From positions 824,929-888,928 of the forward strand of contig CAWCUS010000001.1 in NCBI GenBank assembly GCA_963798845.1: a stretch of 64,000 nucleotides of DNA. Direction: 5' to 3'. The stretch comes from an uncultured Gemmatimonadales bacterium. Its GTDB lineage: Bacteria > Gemmatimonadota > Gemmatimonadetes > Longimicrobiales > RSA9. Under the pieces are notes generated by a model. It made no database searches, was not told where the DNA came from, and saw only the letters and a list, made by a program, of their open reading frames with translations. Both the position numbers and the translations under genes were made by a program. Position 1 is the stretch's first letter. The number at the start of each line of letters is the position of its first letter. Of the stretch, positions 21,913 through 31,372 are shown in pieces.

Positions 21913-24072
21913 GTGCCTGAGGCCACGAGCACGACGAGGCAGGCGGCGCTGACGCTGGAGGTGGACGGCGACGGCGTCGCCTGGCTCGTTTTCGACGACC
22001 CGGACCGCAAGGTCAACATCCTGTCCTCTGCCATCATGGAGCGGCTGGACGAGCTTCTGGACGAGGTGGAGCGTGAGGTGGCGGCGGGTCGGGCGAAAGC
22101 GCTGGTCGTGCGGAGCGGCAAGGACGGCAGCTTCATCGCCGGCGCCAACATCGACGAGATCGTCGACATCACGGATCCGGCGGTGGGCAGGGCGCAGGCC
22201 GCTCGCGGCCAGGCGGTGTTCCAGCGGCTCGCGACCCTGTCGATCCCGACCGTGGCCGCGGTGGATGGCACCTGCCTCGGCGGCGGCACGGAGATGATCC
22301 TCGCCTGTGACGTCCGCATCGCCAGCGACCGCAGGGAGACGAAGATCGGGCTCCCCGAGACGCGCCTCGGCATCCTGCCCGGCTTCGGCGGCACCACCCG
22401 GCTCCCGCGGCTGGTGGGCCTCGCGGCAGCCGCCGACATCATCCTCGCCGGGAAGTCCGTGGACGCGCGCAAGGCGAGCAGGATCGGGCTCGTCGAGGAG
22501 CGCATGCACGTGGGCGTCCTGTACGACCGCGCCCGCGAGCTCGCGCTCGCCATGGCCGCGGGCGGCGATCCGCCGGCGCGCGCCAGGCCGCCGGCGCCGA
22601 TGCGTCTCATGGAAGCCACGAGCCCGGGTCGGAACGTCATTCTCAAGCAGGCCCGCAAGCAGGTCATGAAGCAGACCCGGGGCCACTACCCCGCCCCCCT
22701 GCGCGCCATCGACGTCATGCGCCGCTCGGCGGGCGCCCCGATCGGGAAGGCGCTCGCGCTCGAGGCCCAGGCGCTCGGCGAGCTGATCGCCACACCCGAG
22801 TCGAAGAACCTGATCCACGTCTTCCGCCTCATGGAGGGCGCGAAGAAGGCAGCGCCCACGGCCGAGGCGAGGCCGGTCGAGCGCGCCGCCGTGCTCGGCG
22901 CCGGCGTGATGGGCGGGGGGATCGCCCAGCTGCTGGCGTACCGGGAGATCCCGGTCCGACTCAAGGACATCAACCGCGACGCGCTGTCCACGGGACTGCG
23001 GCACGCTCGCTCGATGTTCGACAAGCTGGTGAAGCGTCGCCGGCTGAAGCCGCGGGAGGCGCAGGACCGGATGACGGCCATCTCGCCGTCGCTGGATTAC
23101 TCGGGGTTCGGCGCCGTGGACCTGGTCATCGAGGCCGTGGTCGAGCGGATGCCCGTCAAGAAGTCCGTGCTGAAGCAGACGGAGGACGCGGTGCGGTCGG
23201 GGACGGTTCTGGCCAGCAACACGTCGTCGCTCTCGATCACCGACATGGCCTCGGCGCTGGAGCGGCCGGCGGACTTCGCCGGGATGCACTTCTTCAACCC
23301 GGTGGAGAAGATGCCGCTGGTGGAGGTCATCCGAGGGGAGCGCACCTCGGACGAGACCGCCGCCACCGTGTTCGCGCTCGCGCTCCGGCTCGGCAAGACG
23401 CCGGTGCTGGTGCGCGACGGCCCCGGCTTCCTCGTGAACCGGATCCTCACGCCGTACCTGAACGAGGCCGGGTACCTGCTCGGGCAGGCGGCTTCCATCG
23501 CGGAAGTGGACGAGGCGCTGCTCGATTTCGGCATGCCCATGGGGCCGCTCCGCCTCCTGGACGAGGTCGGCCTGGACATCGCCCGCCATGCCGGCGAGAC
23601 CATGCACGAGGCCTTCGGCCAGCGCCTGGCGCCGGCACCCGTGCTCCTGGCGCTGGAGCACACGGACCGCCTGGGGCGCAAGAACGGCCGGGGCTTCTAC
23701 ACGTACGTGGACGGCAGGGCGAAGCACCCCGACTCGGACATCTACGAGGAGCTGGCCAATGTGGCCGGGGCCGAGCGCTCGACGGTCCCGGCGCGCGAGA
23801 TCGTGGACCGCACAGTGCTCCCCATGATCAACGAGGCCGCCCGCATCCTCGAGGACGGGATCGCGCGCTCCGCGGGCGACGTGGACCTGGCCATGATCGC
23901 CGGCACCGGCTTTCCTCCCTTCCGCGGCGGCCTCCTCCGCTACGCGGACCACGTCGGGCTCGACGCCATTGTCGCCCGGCTCCGCTCGCTCGCCCGCGAG
24001 CATGGTGCGCGCTTCGAGCCCGCGCCGCTGCTCGTCCGCAAGGCGGAGGCGGGCGAAGGGTTCTACGGCTGA
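21913..24072 (+). CDS. Fatty-acid oxidation complex alpha subunit (FadJ/FadB-like)
   Basis: Crotonase FIAGANI and GLPETRLGILPG; GAGVMGGG, ASNTSSL and GMHFFNPV. Confidence 0.95.
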   Translation: MPEATSTTRQAALTLEVDGDGVAWLVFDDPDRKVNILSSAIMERLDELLDEVEREVAAGRAKALVVRSGKDGSFIAGANIDEIVDITDPAVGRAQAARGQAVFQRLATLSIPTVAAVDGTCLGGGTEMILACDVRIASDRRETKIGLPETRLGILPGFGGTTRLPRLVGLAAAADIILAGKSVDARKASRIGLVEERMHVGVLYDRARELALAMAAGGDPPARARPPAPMRLMEATSPGRNVILKQARKQVMKQTRGHYPAPLRAIDVMRRSAGAPIGKALALEAQALGELIATPESKNLIHVFRLMEGAKKAAPTAEARPVERAAVLGAGVMGGGIAQLLAYREIPVRLKDINRDALSTGLRHARSMFDKLVKRRRLKPREAQDRMTAISPSLDYSGFGAVDLVIEAVVERMPVKKSVLKQTEDAVRSGTVLASNTSSLSITDMASALERPADFAGMHFFNPVEKMPLVEVIRGERTSDETAATVFALALRLGKTPVLVRDGPGFLVNRILTPYLNEAGYLLGQAASIAEVDEALLDFGMPMGPLRLLDEVGLDIARHAGETMHEAFGQRLAPAPVLLALEHTDRLGRKNGRGFYTYVDGRAKHPDSDIYEELANVAGAERSTVPAREIVDRTVLPMINEAARILEDGIARSAGDVDLAMIAGTGFPPFRGGLLRYADHVGLDAIVARLRSLAREHGARFEPAPLLVRKAEAGEGFYG

Positions 24073-24671
24073 GCGACCTCCCGCTCCCCCGCCCCGTCCA
24101 CATCCACTACCTGCGACCGCCCGACCGCGTGCAGGTGTTCTCCCAGACGCTCGTCCACGAAGGTGACGCCCTGGTCACCTACCTCCCTCGCGCCGGAGTC
24201 GCCCGCCCCACCGTGGTGGGCGGGCGTCGCGTGCTGGAAGCGGAGTCGCCCGTGGTCTGGCTCACCTTCCCCGGCCGCTCCCACGACATCGGCCGCTTCC
24301 ACACCCCGGACGGTCGCTTCACCGGGTACTACGCCAACATCCTGACGCCCGTGGAGATCGACCGATCCGCCGAGGGCGACACCTGGCACACGACCGACCT
24401 GTTCCTCGACGTCTTCCTCACCCCCGACGGCGACCCGTTCGTGCTCGACCGGGAAGAGCTGGAACAAGCGGTGGCCGTCGGCTGGGTGGACGCGGCCACG
24501 GCACGCGAGGCCGAGCGGGACGCCGCGGCGCTCGTGCGGGCCGCCCGGACCGGCCGGTGGCCGCCCGCGGTGGCGCGCGCATGGACGCTGGAGAGAGTGC
24601 TGGATCGGGTGCGCCCGGACGGTGTATCGAACCGATCGGAAACCGGACCGAGTGGAGACGAGACGACATGA
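24069..24671 (+). CDS. DUF402-family protein (CTG start at 24069 or GTG at 24129)
   Basis: GYYANILTP, TDLFLDV and LDREEL motifs; open frame extends back to a CTG overlapping the upstream TGA. Confidence 0.7.
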   Translation: MSDLPLPRPVHIHYLRPPDRVQVFSQTLVHEGDALVTYLPRAGVARPTVVGGRRVLEAESPVVWLTFPGRSHDIGRFHTPDGRFTGYYANILTPVEIDRSAEGDTWHTTDLFLDVFLTPDGDPFVLDREELEQAVAVGWVDAATAREAERDAAALVRAARTGRWPPAVARAWTLERVLDRVRPDGVSNRSETGPSGDETT

Positions 24672-25390
24672 TGCTACGGATTCGGGCGGGACTGCTGCTG
24701 CTCGGCTTCTGGGCCGCCGGGGCGCTCCCGGCAGGGGCGGCGGCGCAGTCGGACCACAGCGGCACGGACGCGCGCACGGCGCTCCTCGAGCGCGCGCTGG
24801 AAAGCCGTACCCGCGGCCCCGACAGCGCGGCCGTGGTGGTGTTCGAGATCGCTGACTTCCAGTGCCCCTACTGCGCCCAGTTCGCCACCACCGTCGGTCC
24901 GCAGGTGGCGCAGAAGTACGTCCGGAGCGGCAAGGTTCAGTGGGTCTTCGTGAACATGCCGCTGCACAGCCATCCGCTGGCGTGGAGCGCGGCCGAAGCG
25001 GCGCTCTGCGCGGGGGCGGCGGGCGGCGACTTCTGGGCGATGCACGACCGCCTGTACAGCCAGCAGAGCACCTGGACCACCCTCCCCGATCCCTCCGACC
25101 GGTTCGCCAGCATGGCCGAGGAGGCGGGCGCGTCGGCGCAGGACTACCGCACCTGCGTGGCCCGCGACCAGGTGGCCTCCCTCATCCTCCAGGACCTCGG
25201 CTCCGCCATCAGCGCCGGCATCAGCGGCACGCCGGCCTTCATCGTCACGCACGACCGCCAGGTCCTCGATCGCATGGTGGGCGTCCAGACCATGGAGACC
25301 TGGACCGACGTCCTCGACCTGGCGCTACAGGGCAAGTCCGCAGAGACCGTCCCCCCCGACTCCGGCGGCGCCAGCAGCCCCGGGGGCTGA
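24668..25390 (+). CDS. DsbA-family thioredoxin-fold protein
   Basis: Signal peptide, DFQCPYC and GISGTPAF. Confidence 0.9.
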   Translation: MMLRIRAGLLLLGFWAAGALPAGAAAQSDHSGTDARTALLERALESRTRGPDSAAVVVFEIADFQCPYCAQFATTVGPQVAQKYVRSGKVQWVFVNMPLHSHPLAWSAAEAALCAGAAGGDFWAMHDRLYSQQSTWTTLPDPSDRFASMAEEAGASAQDYRTCVARDQVASLILQDLGSAISAGISGTPAFIVTHDRQVLDRMVGVQTMETWTDVLDLALQGKSAETVPPDSGGASSPGG

Positions 25391-25427
25391 GTCCGCGGCC
25401 GGGAACCCGGGCCTCTCGCCCGTCGGA

Positions 25428-25859
25428 TCAGTCCCGGAGGCGACGGATCTCGGGGATGGAGGCGGCGAAGGAGAAGGTGGAGACGACGGCGGAGCCGATG
25501 CACCAGCGGCACCAGGCGCCGATGACCCACTCCTCCAGCACGCTGAGATAGAGCGAGAAGAGGAAAGCGACGCCGGTGAGCGTGACCAGACCCACCGCGA
25601 CCCACGGGCGATCCGCCAGCCCGGGCTGGATCCCGGCCAGCGCTACGGCGAGAATGGCGACGTAGCCCACCAGCCCGAGTCCGGCCACCGGGATTCCGGC
25701 GAACACCGCGTAGCGGGACGCCTGCACGGTCTCGCACCCGCCTCCCACGCCGCAGATCACGGCAGGGATCAATCCGAGCTTGTACAGGAGCAGGTAGCCG
25801 GCGATGAAGATGCCGGCCATGGCGAGCACCGCGATGAGCTGCCGGTTGAGCAGGCTCAT
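25428..25859 (-). CDS. VKOR family disulfide-bond formation protein
   Basis: CGVGGGCETVQASRY, WCRWC and 4 TM segments. Confidence 0.93.
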   Translation of the reverse strand: MSLLNRQLIAVLAMAGIFIAGYLLLYKLGLIPAVICGVGGGCETVQASRYAVFAGIPVAGLGLVGYVAILAVALAGIQPGLADRPWVAVGLVTLTGVAFLFSLYLSVLEEWVIGAWCRWCIGSAVVSTFSFAASIPEIRRLRD

Positions 25860-26686
25860 CGGCTCCCGGCCGACTCCGGGGCGGTTGCCGACTCCGGGGC
25901 GGCCGCCGACTCCGGGGCAGTGGCGGACCCCTGTCCTGCGGGCTGCGGCGAGGCGGCCGAGGACTGGAGGACCTGGAGGAGGTTCCGCTCCATGTCGCCG
26001 ACGGTCCGCCCGCCGACCTGGCGGTTGTTCACGAGCACCGTGGGCGTGCTGTTGACGCCCAGCTCATCGCCCACCATCCGGTTGGCGGTCACCACGTCGG
26101 CGTACTTGTCGCTCTTCAGGCACTTCTCGAACTCGCGTTCGTTCAGCCCCACGTCCTTGGCGTAGCCGACGAACGTGTCCACCACGTCGCGCTGGGCACT
26201 CCAGGTCGGCTGCTCCTGGAACAGCTTCTCGTGCATCGGCCAGTACCCGTCCTCGCCGTTCACCTGCTGGTCGCCCCCGCAGCGCGCGGCCCGTGAGGCG
26301 AGGAAGGAGTGCACGTGCGCGCCGCCGAGCGGGAAGTCGTAGAAGACGAGCTGCGCCTCACCGCTCTGGATGTACGGCATCAGCTTGGGCCGGACCTCGA
26401 GCGAGAAATCACGGCACGCCGGGCACATGAAGTCGGCGAACTCCACGATCTTGATCGGCGCATCGTCGTTGCCGACGCGAACCGGCGTGGCCTGCTCGTA
26501 GAGCGTGCGGACGTCCGACGCGTCCAGCTGGATCGGCTCCGTGGCCGCCGACCCGCCGCGCCCGGTCAGAGCGTACCCCAGCGCGGCCAGGCCCACCACC
26601 GCCACCACGACCAGCACTGCGTAGAACATCCCGTTCCCGCCGCCCTGTTTCTGGGCGGGAGAGCCTTTCCGCTGTCTTTGCGCCAC
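25856..26686 (-). CDS. Membrane-anchored DsbA-family protein
   Basis: N-terminal TM, EFADFMCPAC and GVNSTPT; stop overlaps the VKOR start. Confidence 0.9.
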   Translation of the reverse strand: MAQRQRKGSPAQKQGGGNGMFYAVLVVVAVVGLAALGYALTGRGGSAATEPIQLDASDVRTLYEQATPVRVGNDDAPIKIVEFADFMCPACRDFSLEVRPKLMPYIQSGEAQLVFYDFPLGGAHVHSFLASRAARCGGDQQVNGEDGYWPMHEKLFQEQPTWSAQRDVVDTFVGYAKDVGLNEREFEKCLKSDKYADVVTANRMVGDELGVNSTPTVLVNNRQVGGRTVGDMERNLLQVLQSSAASPQPAGQGSATAPESAAAPESATAPESAGSR

Positions 26687-26780
26687 GCTCGACCCCTCTC
26701 GCTGTTGACCGGAACCCCTGCCACTGTACCCGCCGGAAGATGAACGTGTTTCGAGTGGGGTCAAGGGAGCCGGGACGGGA

Positions 26781-27470
26781 TCAGCCCACGGCCGCGAGCA
26801 ATGCGTCGGTGTCGCGAAGGTCATCGAGAACCACGTCGGCGCCGGCCTCCTCGAGCTCCGCGACCGAGTGCTTGCCCGTGGCCACGGCCACCGCCAACAC
26901 GCCCAGCTCCCGTCCACACGTCACGTCGAAGGGAGTGTCCCCAATGACCACGACGTCGCGCCCCCGGAAATGGATTCCCGTCCGCTCCCTCGCCCGCCGC
27001 ACCGCCACCGCCGGAAGCCGGTCCCGGCGCTCGTGGTCAGAGCCGTACGCGCCGAAGTCGAAGCGCTTCCACAGGTCCACCGCGCTCAGCTTCAGCCTCG
27101 CCCCCGGCTCAATGTTCCCCGTCAGGAGGGCCACGAGGTGGTCCCCGGTCGCGTGCAGCCGATCCAGCGCCTCGTAAACGCCGGGGAGCACGCGCGTGTC
27201 CGCGTCCGGGCGGGCCAGCTCGACTTCCAGCTCCCGCAGGTACGCCTCCCACAGGAGCGGGAGCGCGGGGTAGATGCGGGTGTCCTCGAACCCGGCCATG
27301 CCCAGCAGCTCGCGGGCGATCTGCGGGTCCGTGCGGCCGTGGAAGTCGTAGCCTTCCATCGGCCCCGTCGCCCCGTACACCTCCAGCATGGCGCGCCGGA
27401 ACGAGCGTGAGCCCGCTCCGTGGGTGTTGACCAGCGTGCCGTCTATGTCGAAAAGGACCAGCTTCCGCAC
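26781..27470 (-). CDS. HAD-family hydrolase
   Basis: FDIDGTL, LTGN and IGDTPFD. Confidence 0.92.
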   Translation of the reverse strand: MRKLVLFDIDGTLVNTHGAGSRSFRRAMLEVYGATGPMEGYDFHGRTDPQIARELLGMAGFEDTRIYPALPLLWEAYLRELEVELARPDADTRVLPGVYEALDRLHATGDHLVALLTGNIEPGARLKLSAVDLWKRFDFGAYGSDHERRDRLPAVAVRRARERTGIHFRGRDVVVIGDTPFDVTCGRELGVLAVAVATGKHSVAELEEAGADVVLDDLRDTDALLAAVG

Positions 27471-27473
27471 CGC

Positions 27474-28403
27474 TCAGCTCCCGCGCACGGCCCGCTCGAT
27501 GGCCTCGGCCACGGCGTCGGCCGCGAAGGCGCCGAGGGCAAGGAGGAGTCCCGGGTCTGCCGGCGACGCTGCGTCGGCGGTGGACACGGCGAAAGCGACG
27601 TCGCCGTCGAAGGGCGTATGGGCCGGGAAGATGCGGCGAGCCTGCGCCACGGAGGCGGCCCGGGCGAGGGACTGCAGCGCGGGTCGCGTCAGCGGCGCGT
27701 CCGTGGCCACCACGCACAGCGTCGTGTTCGTCCCGGGCGGAGCCGACCCGAAGACGCCCTCCGCCTGGCCGCCGCGGAGCAGGGCGACGCCATCCACGAA
27801 GCCGCCATCGGCGCCCCGCGCGCCCGCCACGATCCGGCCATCCGCGCCGCGCACGTCGCCGAGCGCGTTCACCACCGCCAGCGCCCCGACCGTGTAACCG
27901 AGCGCCGACACCGAGGCCGTGCCCAGCCCGCCGGGCGAGGCGCGCTCGGGGCCCAGCAGCTTTCCAACGGTCGCGCCCGTGCCCGCCCCGACCCGTCCCT
28001 CCGCCACGTCACCACCCGCGGCCTCGCACGCCGCCCGCCCCATCGCCGCGTCGGGGCGCCGGTCCGGACGCCCCTCTGCCAGGTCGAAGATCACGGCGGC
28101 GGGGACGATCGGGACCCGCGCGACGCCGGTCTCGAAGCCGCGACCTGCCTGTTCCAGCCACGCGGCCACGCCGTCCGCGGCGGCCAGGCCGAACGCGGAG
28201 CCGCCCGTCAGGAGGATGGCGTCGGCGCGCTCCACGAGATGCAGGTGGGAGATCGCCTCGATCTCGCGCGTGCCCGTCGCGGCGCCGCGGATGTCGCACC
28301 CGGCGCGGAACGGTCCCAGCACCACCGTACAGCCGGTACGCGCGTCGGCGTCGGTGGCGTGGCCGACGAGAATGCCGGGCACGTCCGTGATCCGGCCGCT
28401 CAT
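27474..28403 (-). CDS. P1/S58 (DmpA-like) peptidase
   Basis: ITDVPGILVGH, LTGGSAFGL, GAGTGA, NTTL and DGD. Confidence 0.9.
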   Translation of the reverse strand: MSGRITDVPGILVGHATDADARTGCTVVLGPFRAGCDIRGAATGTREIEAISHLHLVERADAILLTGGSAFGLAAADGVAAWLEQAGRGFETGVARVPIVPAAVIFDLAEGRPDRRPDAAMGRAACEAAGGDVAEGRVGAGTGATVGKLLGPERASPGGLGTASVSALGYTVGALAVVNALGDVRGADGRIVAGARGADGGFVDGVALLRGGQAEGVFGSAPPGTNTTLCVVATDAPLTRPALQSLARAASVAQARRIFPAHTPFDGDVAFAVSTADAASPADPGLLLALGAFAADAVAEAIERAVRGS

Positions 28404-28461
28404 GCCCTCCCGGCGGGGAAGTCGGCCGGAAGCGCCGGACAGCCGCTTTCGCTGACGCCGA

Positions 28462-29208
28462 TCACCGGGTGGCGCGCGCCGCACGCACGGCGTCCGCGAA
28501 CGCGTTCATCAGGCGGATGTTGGGGTCGGTGCTCCCGGCCTCGGCCTCCAGCCGCTCCGGGTGCCACTGCACGCCGAGCACCCAGTCGCGACCGGTGTGC
28601 TCGATCCCCTCCACCAGGCCGTCCTCCGCCCGGGCGGTGCAGCGCAGCCCCTCGCCCAGATCCTTCACGGCCTGGTGGTGGAATGAGTTGATCTCCAGCG
28701 GAGAGCACTCGCCCAGGATCTCGTGCAGCCGGCTCTCGGGCGTGCAGTCCACGGTGTGGTGGTGCTGCCCCCACGGCTCTTCCTGGTAGTGCGTCACCTG
28801 GTCACCGCGCTGGGTCGGCAGGTCCTGGTACAGCGTGCCGCCGAAGTAGACGTTCAGCAGCTGCATTCCGCGGCAGATCCCCATGATCGGGATGCTCTCC
28901 TCCAGCGCCGCGTCCAGGGCGGTCCACTCCGCGGCGTCGCGGGCCGGGTTGACCACGTCCAGCTCCGGCAGCGGCTCTTCCCCGTAGCGCGCGGGGGCAA
29001 TGTCCTCGCCCCCGGTGAGGATGAGGCCCGACGCGATTCCCACCAGGTCGGCGATCGCCTCGCGGTCGTGGGCGGGGGTGACCAGGACGGGCGTGAGCCC
29101 CACGCGGGCCAGCAGGCGGAGGTAGTTCGAGTAGATCTCGACCCGCGGCTGGTGGTAGCGCCCGGCCTGCGGGCTGAGCGTGGTGGTCAGTGCGACGAAG
29201 GGTTCCAT
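28462..29208 (-). CDS. PuuD-like glutamine amidotransferase (peptidase C26)
   Basis: LTGGEDI, GICRGMQ, NSFHHQ and GVQWHPE. Confidence 0.92.
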   Translation of the reverse strand: MEPFVALTTTLSPQAGRYHQPRVEIYSNYLRLLARVGLTPVLVTPAHDREAIADLVGIASGLILTGGEDIAPARYGEEPLPELDVVNPARDAAEWTALDAALEESIPIMGICRGMQLLNVYFGGTLYQDLPTQRGDQVTHYQEEPWGQHHHTVDCTPESRLHEILGECSPLEINSFHHQAVKDLGEGLRCTARAEDGLVEGIEHTGRDWVLGVQWHPERLEAEAGSTDPNIRLMNAFADAVRAARATR

Positions 29209-30362
29209 GATGCGGCTGTTGACGTGCTCGGTTCCAGGGCCACCGAAGCGGCTCCGCCTCGGGCCACCAGGTCCAGCAAGAGCTGTCCCACGCGGCTGTT
29301 GTCGAGAATCGCGCCGAAAGACCGGGCGGCCGGGCCGCGGGCGAACATCGGGACCATGTCCGCGGTGTGCCCCGTGGTCGTGTAGTGGGCGCCGAACGTC
29401 CCCATCGGGTCGGCGTGAAGCGCGAGCCCGCCGGTGTTGTGGTCGGCCAGGACGAGGATCAGCGTGTTCGGGTGCTGCTCCTGGTACGCCAGCGCCCTGC
29501 GGATCGCCAGGTCGAGGTCCAGCACCTCGGCGATGACGTCGGGCAGCACCGCGTTCTCGTGCCCCCGCCAGTCGATCTGCGACCCCTCCACCATGAGGAA
29601 GAAGCCCTTCGGCTGGTGCGACAGAACGCGCAGAGCGGTCTCGGTCATGTCCGGCAGCGACGGCGTCCGCTCCATGGCGCCGCCGGGGTTGTTCTCCGAG
29701 AAAAGGCCGACCAGCGCGCGCACGGTGTCCGGGTCCAGCGTCGCGAGCCCCTCGGGCGAATCCACGTAGGCGCCCCGGCTCCGGAACCTGGCCAGGAGGT
29801 CCTGCTGGTCCGCCCGCCGTGTCGGGTCGAAGTACTGGCGCCCGCCTCCCAGCAGCACCGTGGGCCCGAGCTCCGCGATCTGGGCGGCAATGTCCCAGTG
29901 CTGGTTCCGGTTCGCCACGTGGGCGAGGAACGCCGCCGGCGTCGCGTGCGTCACAGTGGCCGTGACCACGACCCCGGTGCCCATTCCCCTGGCCTTCGCG
30001 CGCTCGAGCACGGTCGGCAACGGCGTGGTGTCCGTCGACACGGCAATGGCGCCGTTGTAGGTCCGTTCCCCCGTGGAGAACGCCGTCGCGCCCGCCGCGC
30101 TGTCCGTCACGCGGCTGTCCGCGCTCTGCGTCGTCATCAGGCCGATGGCCGGGAAATGCTGTATGGCCAGGTCCGACGCGCTCAGCTTCGCGGCCGTCCA
30201 GTAGGCGAGCCCGGTCCCGTCGCCCACGAAAAGGACGATGCTGAACGGGTCGGGCGCGCCGGCGGGGCCTGGCACGGCGGACCGCGACCGGCCCTCGGGG
30301 CCGCACGCCGCGACCGCTGTGAGAGCGATCAGGACGGCGAGGCGACGCTTGCGGGATTTCAC
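29187..30362 (-). CDS. Alkaline phosphatase (lipoprotein)
   Basis: FVGDG, TDSAAGATA, HATPAAF, EGSQIDWRGH and ADH; VAAC lipobox. Confidence 0.93.
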   Translation of the reverse strand: MKSRKRRLAVLIALTAVAACGPEGRSRSAVPGPAGAPDPFSIVLFVGDGTGLAYWTAAKLSASDLAIQHFPAIGLMTTQSADSRVTDSAAGATAFSTGERTYNGAIAVSTDTTPLPTVLERAKARGMGTGVVVTATVTHATPAAFLAHVANRNQHWDIAAQIAELGPTVLLGGGRQYFDPTRRADQQDLLARFRSRGAYVDSPEGLATLDPDTVRALVGLFSENNPGGAMERTPSLPDMTETALRVLSHQPKGFFLMVEGSQIDWRGHENAVLPDVIAEVLDLDLAIRRALAYQEQHPNTLILVLADHNTGGLALHADPMGTFGAHYTTTGHTADMVPMFARGPAARSFGAILDNSRVGQLLLDLVARGGAASVALEPSTSTAASWNPSSH

Positions 30363-30379
30363 GTTTCAGTGCCGTTGTC

Positions 30380-31372
30380 TCAGAGCGCAGCCAGGAGCTC
30401 CGGCAGGCGCGATGGATCGATGTTGCCGCCGGAGATCACGGCGGCCGTGGCCCCACCGGACCACGCCCCCGACTCCAGCGCGGCGACGGTCGCCGCCCCC
30501 GAATACTCGACCAGCAGCTTGCCGCGCGCCAGGAGGCGGGCGGCGGCGGCGAGGATGGCGGCGTCGTCCACGAGGACGACGTCGTCGACCAGGGCGCGGG
30601 CGTGGGCGAAGGTGAGCGCCCCGACGCGCACCGGGAGGAGGCCGTCGGCGATGCTGTCCGTGCTGTCGAGCGTGACCAGCTCGCCCGCATCCAGGGACCG
30701 GCGCATGGCCGCGGAGCCGGTCGGCTCCACGCCCACGACCTTCACCTCGGGACGGAGGCGTTTCACCGCCGCGGCCACCCCGCTCAGCAGCCCGCCGCCG
30801 CCGATCGGGACGAGGACCGCCTCCACGTCCGGCCAGTCCTCGAGGATCTCGAGCCCGACGGTCCCCTGCCCGGCGATGATGTCCGGGTGGTCGAACGGGG
30901 GCACCATCACCATCCCTCGCCGCGCCTGCTCCTCCTCAGCCCGGACGCGCCGCTCCTCCGACGTGGTCCCTTCCATGACGACTTCCGCGCCCAGCCGCTT
31001 CGTCCCCTCCACCTTCACGGCCGGCGCGTTCACCGGCATCACGATGAGCGCCGGGACCCCGAACTCCCTCGCCGCGTACGCCACCGCCTGCGCGTGGTTG
31101 CCGCTGGAGTACGTGATCACGCCTTTCGCCCGCTCCCCGGCCGGCAGTCGCGAGATCATGGTGTACGCGCCCCGGAGCTTGAACGCGCCGATCGGCTGGA
31201 ACGACTCGCATTTCAACCGCACCTCGCGCCCGACCACCTCCGACACCCACGGCGCCGCCAGCAGCGGCGTCCGCACCGCCACACCCTCCAGCGAGCGGGC
31301 GGCCGCGCGGATCGAGTCCAGCGTCACCAGCTCCGTGGCCCGCGCCGACGCACCGGCCGGCGCGGCCGTCAC
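30380..31372 (-). CDS. PLP-dependent threonine/serine dehydratase
   Basis: [24 protein letters not shown] and SGGN. Confidence 0.92.
   Translation of the reverse strand: MTAAPAGASARATELVTLDSIRAAARSLEGVAVRTPLLAAPWVSEVVGREVRLKCESFQPIGAFKLRGAYTMISRLPAGERAKGVITYSSGNHAQAVAYAAREFGVPALIVMPVNAPAVKVEGTKRLGAEVVMEGTTSEERRVRAEEEQARRGMVMVPPFDHPDIIAGQGTVGLEILEDWPDVEAVLVPIGGGGLLSGVAAAVKRLRPEVKVVGVEPTGSAAMRRSLDAGELVTLDSTDSIADGLLPVRVGALTFAHARALVDDVVLVDDAAILAAAARLLARGKLLVEYSGAATVAALESGAWSGGATAAVISGGNIDPSRLPELLAAL

Noticed and set aside
12278..24003. Long antisense ORFs (e.g. 12278-15223, 17795-19966, 20752-24003)
   Set aside because: Expected stop-poor shadow frames opposite well-supported genes in high-GC DNA
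25866..25925. 18-bp repeats in the DsbA tail (also 12-bp repeats in the gyrA tail)
   Set aside because: Ordinary low-complexity coding linkers
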